A stretch of DNA of 60,000 bases from Mobula hypostoma. Lineage: Eukaryota. The DNA lies in NCBI RefSeq assembly GCF_963921235.1, contig NC_086097.1, forward strand, positions 74,836,001 to 74,896,000, in the 5' to 3' direction. Every line of letters starts with the position of its first letter. Position 1 is the stretch's first letter. Positions 52,188 through 60,000 of this stretch are shown here, piece by piece. A program made the position numbers and the translations under genes. The notes under the pieces are model-generated. The model had not been told where the DNA came from. It searched no databases and was given only the letters and a program-made list of their open reading frames with translations.

Positions 52188-54418
52188 CTGATACAAGAAC
52201 CCGCACCCATCAAAGGATTTTTTTCAGTAAGTATTCCCAAAGCAAGTGAAGAACACAGAAAACAAAGAAAGGAAATAAATTAACAACACAAAAATATAAT
52301 TGAAATGATCATTTCTAAATAGAACTTATTTTCTTAATGATATCTTCCAAAAGGCTGAGCAACAATTATTTCAGACAAGATTAACAATTCACCAAGATAA
52401 AAATTAGGCTGATCTTTTAGGCCAATTGTTAGTAAGTATTATCCTATTGTACATAATAATATTCTGTCATAAAAGCTAACTAAGTTTGCTGCATTAAAAG
52501 GCACGTCTGATATTAAAAGCATACGAGTATTCACTGCTACTCATTTCAATACAGTTTTCCCTTTATGATAGGGAGGTATAAAGTTTGCTGTCAACTGGAC
52601 CAATGTTTAAGATGGGAAGTCTCAGCTTACTGCTGCACTGAAGAATGTAAGCTCCTCCTGCCCCCCTCCCCTTTCCTGGCTGTTCAGAACGCCATGCCTC
52701 TACTTAAAGGAAAACAGGATTTCTACTGTACAGGAAGAGCTTTATCAGCACCACATGAAGGCAGGGAAAAGATGGAATTTCCTCTCACAGACCAAAAAAA
52801 AGAAAAAGGACACGTGAAACAGATCAGCCTTTGGGCTCAATCTGTAAAACGCGACACCTGCACAATATCATCATTGCCAATAGGCAGTCTGACTTGTGAG
52901 ACTGTCCAATATACCTACACAAGTTGATCCATTATTAACAACATTGAAGTTGAAAGTGAATTTAACATAACAGCTCAAATGATAAAAATGCAAATATTCA
53001 TTTTAAAACAAAACAAAAAAACAAGAGATTGAGTAACACTAACAACTCCAAATCAAGTATAAGTACAAATTTCAAATCAATAGTTTTACCATTGCTTAGA
53101 TGATGGTGGAAATAAAAACCAGATGAATCTGCAATGGATGAATGTTGACTAGTCACAGAACAGTGACACCGCAATAACAAATCAAGACAGACTGTAGAAT
53201 AAAAGCAATGCTGTTGTGAAATTTGGAGATGCAGCAAGCTCTGCCTGGATTCTGGAAGACTGATGCCTACGAGTGTTCCTTTTTATCTCTAAGCTAGGAA
53301 ACCACTCAAATAGCTTTGAGCTGAAGGCAAACAGTAGGCAAGGACTCTTCAACCCACTGAAGCCTCTTAGTGTCAGCTGTTTGCCGGATGGTAATCAGAT
53401 AAAGAGCTAAGAGAATGAAATGAAAAAGAGTAGAAACAATAGCTCTGCGTGAATGTGGTTCAGTTACAACACAGAGCTAGAACCTTGATGTAGAAACAAG
53501 ACAAATGCAGTGAGTTCACCTAGATGATGGTTTGAAAGGACATGCAAAGTGCAGTTAATTTTATGCACAGCAAAATCCTTTAAATTACCTACTGCTAACA
53601 CTCCTCAACAACGAAGCAAAAATATAGTTGTAACCTGATAAATATCTTTTCTATATTCCACACCAAGTCTGAGAAAAACATATAAGTTGTCATTAACACA
53701 GCCATATTCTTTGGTTAGTTTATTGGATGTGAGTCAAATCAAAAGTATACTATTTCTTTTAACTATAAATACTTATTTTGGAATGGATAACTTCCCATAC
53801 TAGTTTGAATGTTAGTCTCTTCATCAATGTGCATTCTGACCCCTTTGCTATGGAGCTCAGGGGCAAAGGCCGCCTTGTGACTCTGTCCAAGATGCAATCT
53901 AAATCTGTACACCACATATGTAATGTATCCAGCATTAGCAAAATGTAGGGTAGAATGGTTCACTCCACCACCAACAGACCCCCCCCCCCACCCATCACAC
54001 CCCAACTCACTCTGAATTGAGATTAAAAAAGTGTTAAAGAGAGAAAACCTTTCTGGAGAATGAATATAGCGCAATAACAGGAGCGCAAAAATAGATCCAA
54101 GAAGGCTGAGTCTCCAGGGGCCGTATTTTCTATTTGCTGGTCTACAGACTCACAGCTGATAATGCAAGTTGTAATTAATATAAAAGCAGGAGACAATATG
54201 GGCAAAGCTTGTACTGGCTGGGCCACTGGAGAACACTTTACCACTATACAGTCCCTCTCATTTACACGTGCTATCTTCCATAGCAAACACAATTCTGCCA
54301 CTGCTTTCTCTCTTAGAACCCAGAACAGATTTCACACTGGCACTTAGTTTTGCTGGTGGAAAATGTTAAAAAGATTAGAATAATACAAAAAAAGAGAACG
54401 TGGATATCAAAGGGACTC

Positions 54419-54497
54419 AGAGAGTGAGTGAGAGAGAGGAAGTAAGAGAAGATCAAAGACTGAATGAGAGAAAGAGAGGGAGAAGGAGAGTGAGGAG

Positions 54498-54533
<36 letters not shown>
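54419..54533. repeat. Purine-rich tract ending in (GA)16
   Basis: Direct reading; pure (GA)n at 54501-54532. Confidence 0.9.
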
Positions 54534-54536
<3 letters not shown>

Positions 54537-57500
54537 TGAACCTACACTCAAAGCAAATTAAATAACGACTCTAACAAATTCATTTGCCTTTAATCCATGT
54601 AGTACATTCATCATAGCAAGCATTACAAATATCTTTAACTACAACATTTTCTGAAAGAAAGCTATTTTGACAATAAAATTATATATCATTAGTCAACCTC
54701 TGTAATGGGAAACAAAAGCCTCATCCACATTTTTAAACTTTGTTTGTTATTTAAGTTAATGGACTTTGCTTTTTAATATTTATATCGTACCTTAAAGAAT
54801 TTACTTTGATAATTCATGTTCCATATTTGATAGATTCTTATTTAGCATGCTGCCTGCAAGGCATACAATTTTTATCTAACTACTTACTATATGGTTTAAA
54901 GATGGAAGTCTATGTTAGATAAAATAATGAACCTCCATGTGTTTAAATGTAACACTTAATTTAGTTTGGATTCCCTCATTGAACTGTTGTGATAGATTCC
55001 TCTAATTGCTATCAATGACAATTTCAAGCCAACATATAAAAGAAACAAGTTCCAAAAGTATATTACTCAAGCAGCTGGCACAGCATATGCTAACAAGTAT
55101 TTACTTGGAAAATGATTATAAATGTATAGAAACCAATCATCGAAAAAGACATCCCTCCCTAAAGCACCCAGAGCTTTTTAATGATAAGGTAGCCCTTTTT
55201 TAAAATCAAAAATAGCCACGTTAATACTAAAAGTAGATATTTATAATGCAAACATTCTGTCATTCTACCTATTTTTACTATATCCCCGTATGATTTAAAA
55301 TATAATGCCTAAACAGTAGCTAATGAACCCATTAATAATAGTAAAGAAAGTTAAAAATGATTTTCGGTATGCACAATTACAAGAATGATTTGCTGGCAAT
55401 GACTTTAAGGTAGTAATTCAATCCTGGGCTCCTAATACTCGTGAACTGCTCAGGCTTTGCTCTGTGCTTATGACATCATCATAACTGTGCGATAGAATTA
55501 CTGCTTTATATCTCCATGCCAGCAGTTACTATCCTGTCTTTATTTTATTGGGAGGGGGATGGGTGCAATTGTAATTAGTAAGTAATAGTTCTAATATTTC
55601 ATCTACTTTCCTTTCCTGAAATGCAATCAAAGTTAATAGCGTGGCAAAAATCACAATGCTGGAATTTCTGGTTTACCATCTATCTCCCTTCAAAACTTTT
55701 TTTTTAACAAATGTAATGAACCAATCATTTAACAGTTCAAGAGTAAGGCCGGTATAAAGATTAATGTGTGAAATCAATTCTAATTTTTAAAGCATGCAAT
55801 AATAAATAGCAACAACCTCTTTGGCCAAAAAATAATTACTTCAGCAGTTGTTAGTATCAAGGGTTTTAAAGAAGTATAAAGCTGAAGTGTATATGTACGC
55901 TAACCTCTCTCAAACTACTAACTACAAAACTATTAATGCTGTTATTTACCTTTCTGGCATATAGGTTACAAGGGCTACCTTCCCACAACACCCACAATTA
56001 AGTACTAAAATATAAAATTGGCATTTCTGAGAAGTAGGTAGATTCACAGCTGTACTTAAAAATGGTCTCCAGAACATGCAGCTGCCCCTCCTACAGAGCA
56101 CTATTTGCTGACTGCTAAATATTTGTGCCCTAGCTCTTGAATACAAACCTGTTTTACCTTACCCAAAACTATAGCAACGAATCTGAAGTACAACCTGATT
56201 GGCTCAGACTTCATAGCTTGCAATGGGAATTAAACTGCATTATTATAAATTCTGCTTTGCAAAATCTATTCTATATCTTGCCCTGAAATACTTCCCACAA
56301 TATACTTTAATGACCACAGCAGTTCAAAACACAGGTACAAAATAAATTACCTGCATCTTTATTTTACATTTCGTAATAATTAACACACATCCATAATCAG
56401 GTTATAAACCTTCTTTTATGGGTAATTCATTAGCTGTCACCTATTTATCAAGGTTATGCTAAGCAGTACTCATGAGTGAATAGTTTGCGCTCTTGATCAA
56501 ACTGGGAACCCTTTCTTTTCACACTTTAAAAGCATATATTAAAAAATTGTTTCTCCTTTGTCTATAAAGTGAAACAGCAGCAATAGTTTAAGCATTGCCA
56601 ATCCTGAACTCCCACTGCTTAAAACTAGTGTTAACTCAAAATCCTTTGCAATATATACAGCTGCTACCAGAGCGCACTAATAGCCAAAGCAAAATGGTCC
56701 CCTTAAAAATGGTTCTGCAACTATTTTTCTTGCATTCTGTCATTTTACAAGCAACAGCAGAGCAGGGCAGATTTGCTATTTCCATCTCTGCCAACAGTGC
56801 CCCTGTCAAAAGTGCAAGGCAATTTAACTTAGGAAGAATATTCACTGGCAAACGTTCAAAGGAATGCTACCAAACCAAACAACAAATGATTTCATGGAAA
56901 ACAAATTAAAGGTGTCAACACGAGCATCATCATCATATATAACACAAAGAATTGTTCATCAGCTTTTCACTGTTGAAAATATTTTTTAGTGTTAACCATG
57001 AGTACTTTTGCTAAAGGATGAAATTGTTGGAACTTAATTTTTTCAAATGCTCTTTATTAGTGATGAAAACAAATACCTTATTAGATTCTAAGAATTTTAG
57101 TTTAATATGACGTGTGCAGAAGGTGTAAGGAAACTGCCATTTTACTATATTCTTCTACTTGGTCAATATAAATTGCTAACCAAAAGAACTAGTGCATTCC
57201 TCAAAATATTGCAAGACTGATGACTTCTTTACGTATGAGAGTTTCTATGAAATAGTGAATAGATTCATTTTTCAATGTCCAAGTACTTAATATGCATTGT
57301 AATGTTTTTTTTAAGTATTTCTCTGTGCCACTTAAAACCACATTGTGGCTTGATATATAGAAATATAAACAGCACATCAGTACAAGCATTTGCTACTCAA
57401 TTGAAAGGTTGTAAACTCAACTATCGATACTCCATACTATTTGAACTCTTATTGTAGGGTGACATAGAACAATGAAAGCACTGAAAGCAAAGGAAAAACA

Positions 57501-57669
57501 ATGTTTGTGAGAAGAACAATAAAAGAATTAATATTTCACTAAGCACTGAAGATATTTATTTCCTTGGTTCAAAAGGTGACTGGCCGAGTGTTATAGCTCA
57601 GAACTCCCCTTTCCCCCAATTTTTATCACTGGCTGTTGACAGTCAGTCAATCTACTGATCAAATTCACC

Positions 57670-57850
57670 CACATCTCTGTGCTAGGTAGGTAAAAAAAGA
57701 AATTTCACCCAAGGTTCCAGAGCCTGATCTGGAACCAGGGACCTCTGCTGGAAATTTCTGTGCATGGATTTGGTGAATGCCAGGACAAACCTCAGCTGTG
57801 ATGTCTACCATGACAGGGAAGCGTACGATTTCACAATATCTGAGCTGTCT
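57670..57850 (+). mobile_element. Old SINE-like interspersed repeat
   Basis: ggttcc..cctgatc..ccag.gacc.ctgctggaaa..ggtga..caggac..gctgtgatg resembles a repeat I recall from shark genomes; family not assigned. Confidence 0.35.
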
Positions 57851-59861
57851 GAGGAAGAACTATCAATTTACACGAGATGCCAAGAGGTTGTCAATGGAAC
57901 TATTTCCTTACAAGGATATAATACCTTCAGTTGAGAGAGGAGGAAGGTAATTAGCGGAAAAGAAAGAAGGGAAACAACTACAGAGATTGTCATTATAACA
58001 ATAAATAACGTATTTTAATCCAAAAGCTGTAGAATAGATTCATGTACATTTAAAATTTTGGATGACTGGAATAATACAATATCACATTAATGAATAATTG
58101 TCTTTCTGTTCTGTAGACTAAATATTTGATCCTTAAAATGTCAACTAATTTTTAAAAGATAATTCTGCATGTGCATAAAATGGTTAGTGAGGATATCTGA
58201 ACAATAGCCCATGTAAAATAGCATAATGAAGGTAGTAATATGCAATATCAATGCATACAGTTATTAAATAATTTCTGTAATACTGTCACTTGCAAATCTT
58301 GTGCACTTTTCAACTGAGCTAAGGCTGCAGTTCCCACATTTAAAAGAAGGACTGTTTAACCAATAATGATGTGCCTGAAATCATACAGCAGATTTTGTTT
58401 GAAGGAACAATTACAAAATGTACTTAAAGACAGAACCAAAAGTGCTCCTGAAACAAAGTTTTAATTTAAGTTTATATTTATTTGATGGAAGTATTTTGTG
58501 GAATGAGACTTGAGAGAGAAGGGGAGATCATTGTTTCTAACTTAGAAAAGCCTGCTTGTGTGTGTTTTTTTTATCATGGAATTTGTGGATAAGTGTATGC
58601 CCATGTGCGAACAGAGAATTAGTATCACAAGCAGTCACTTTAAGAAAGCTTTTAGAAAATGGTGCGCTGAACAAGTCCCACCCATGTTGCCCATGCTTGT
58701 ACAAATGTAAATGCCTAGACTGCGTACTGTTTGTGTTGAGTGTGATACAGCCAGAATATATAATTTCACAACCCAATAAAAAAGCCAAAAACTCAACAAC
58801 TTGGGAATTTCTGAATAATTGCAATTTTCAATATAATATATGTGAAGTGGATTCTCAGGAATAAATTGATTATAAGCTAAGTTATGTTGAGTCTCTATAC
58901 TATTCTAAGTTTGTTTATGCGACAAAACTTCAACTCTTACCCAAAAAGTACAAGTCCTAAAAAGTATACAATTAAACAGAACAAGGAAAATACAACCAAT
59001 GCATTAAAAATCTACCAAAGTTTCTAGAACTCTTTAGGTAAATCTGTTCATCATCTAAAATACACCGAAGACAGGTGGGGATGTTAAAGTTGAAATTAGT
59101 TAAAAGCAAACAGAAAATATTTTCTATTGCAATCCTAGTAAAATACAATGAAAATAGGTAGTCAAACCATGATACTCAAAATTGTGGATAAATGAATAAT
59201 AAATACAACTTTGCAGAGTCCAAAGGGCATGGCTGCACAATTCCCTGCTTTACGTCTCAACGATAATACTGTAAGCATATGGTTGCTTGTAACTATCCCT
59301 ATCCCCACACAAAATATCTTCATAAGGACTTAGTAGTCATCAAGCAGTTATATCTTTCTCCCCATGTGGCAGATTGTCACCACTGAATAGGCAAGGAGAG
59401 GTGTGTGCTTTCGGGGTGTCAAGCAGCTGTCACAGATCTGTCACTTCTATAATGAAGGCAATCCTGGCTCACAACAAATTAAAACACATTTCCTTTCAAT
59501 CGGTACTATTCAAGATCTAAATCAGTTCAAACACTCTAGCCATTTCATGTGCAAATAAAACAATACAGCACATGCATGGATGAGAATGGCTACACACCAG
59601 GTAAACAGAGAAGACTACAGCTACTTCAGATCCTCTGAAATATTTCATCATCACCATCAATGCACTAACTTTCACCAACTGTGATCTAGCTTCGGATTAT
59701 TACTGAAAATCCATATCAAAGGGAAAAGAAGTCAAACAAAATTAACATCTTCAACTATCACTTCGAACATACACTAGCCTTTCCTGTATCCAAAAAGACA
59801 TACATAATTCTAATAAAGGTATAAAAGAAAGATTTTCATCTTGTATTTGTTATTACCTCTA

Positions 59862-59930
59862 CCTCTGCAAAGACAACAAATTTCATGACATACGCCAGAG
59901 ATGTTAAACCTGATTCTAATTCTGATTCTT
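59862..59930 (+). mobile_element. Rex-type LINE 3' tail
   Basis: aacaaatttcatgacatacgcc.g.gat.ttaaacctgattctaattctgattct; reverse match to 27563-27620. Confidence 0.75.
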
Positions 59931-60000
59931 CTTTATGAGGTTCCCTATCCTACTCTTCCCTCCCTCCTCCAACTTATCTGCGTACGACCAGAAATTAATG

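Noticed and set aside
51918..52196. 92-aa ORF as a stand-alone gene
   Set aside because: It is MEIS2 exon 7 plus intron flanks; the start is a TTG within the splice acceptor.

Overview
Eukaryotic, AT-rich vertebrate genomic DNA. The repeat content (CR1, Rex1/Babar, V-SINE, Deu-domain SINE, Penelope-type hairpins) suggests a cartilaginous fish, probably a ray; this is inference. The whole window lies inside the TALE-homeobox gene MEIS2 on the minus strand. Two coding exons are recognisable: 52070-52187 (118 nt, equivalent to human exon 7) and 21133-21278 (146 nt, equivalent to exon 8, start of the homeodomain). They are separated by a 30.8-kb intron, and the neighbouring exons lie outside the window. 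The rest is intron, in which long transposon-free, motif-dense blocks (candidate enhancers, including a perfect DR2 nuclear-receptor element) alternate with clusters of decayed transposons. Notable structures are a four-level nest (hAT MITE > CR1 > Rex1-like LINE > young Tc1 DD34E element), a CR1 carrying a Harbinger-containing insertion, a split Deu-domain SINE, and Penelope-type hairpins with relics of a minimal hammerhead ribozyme. I found no prokaryotic system, CRISPR array, RNA gene or new protein-coding gene, and cannot claim a new biological system. The best leads are regulatory and transposon-related.
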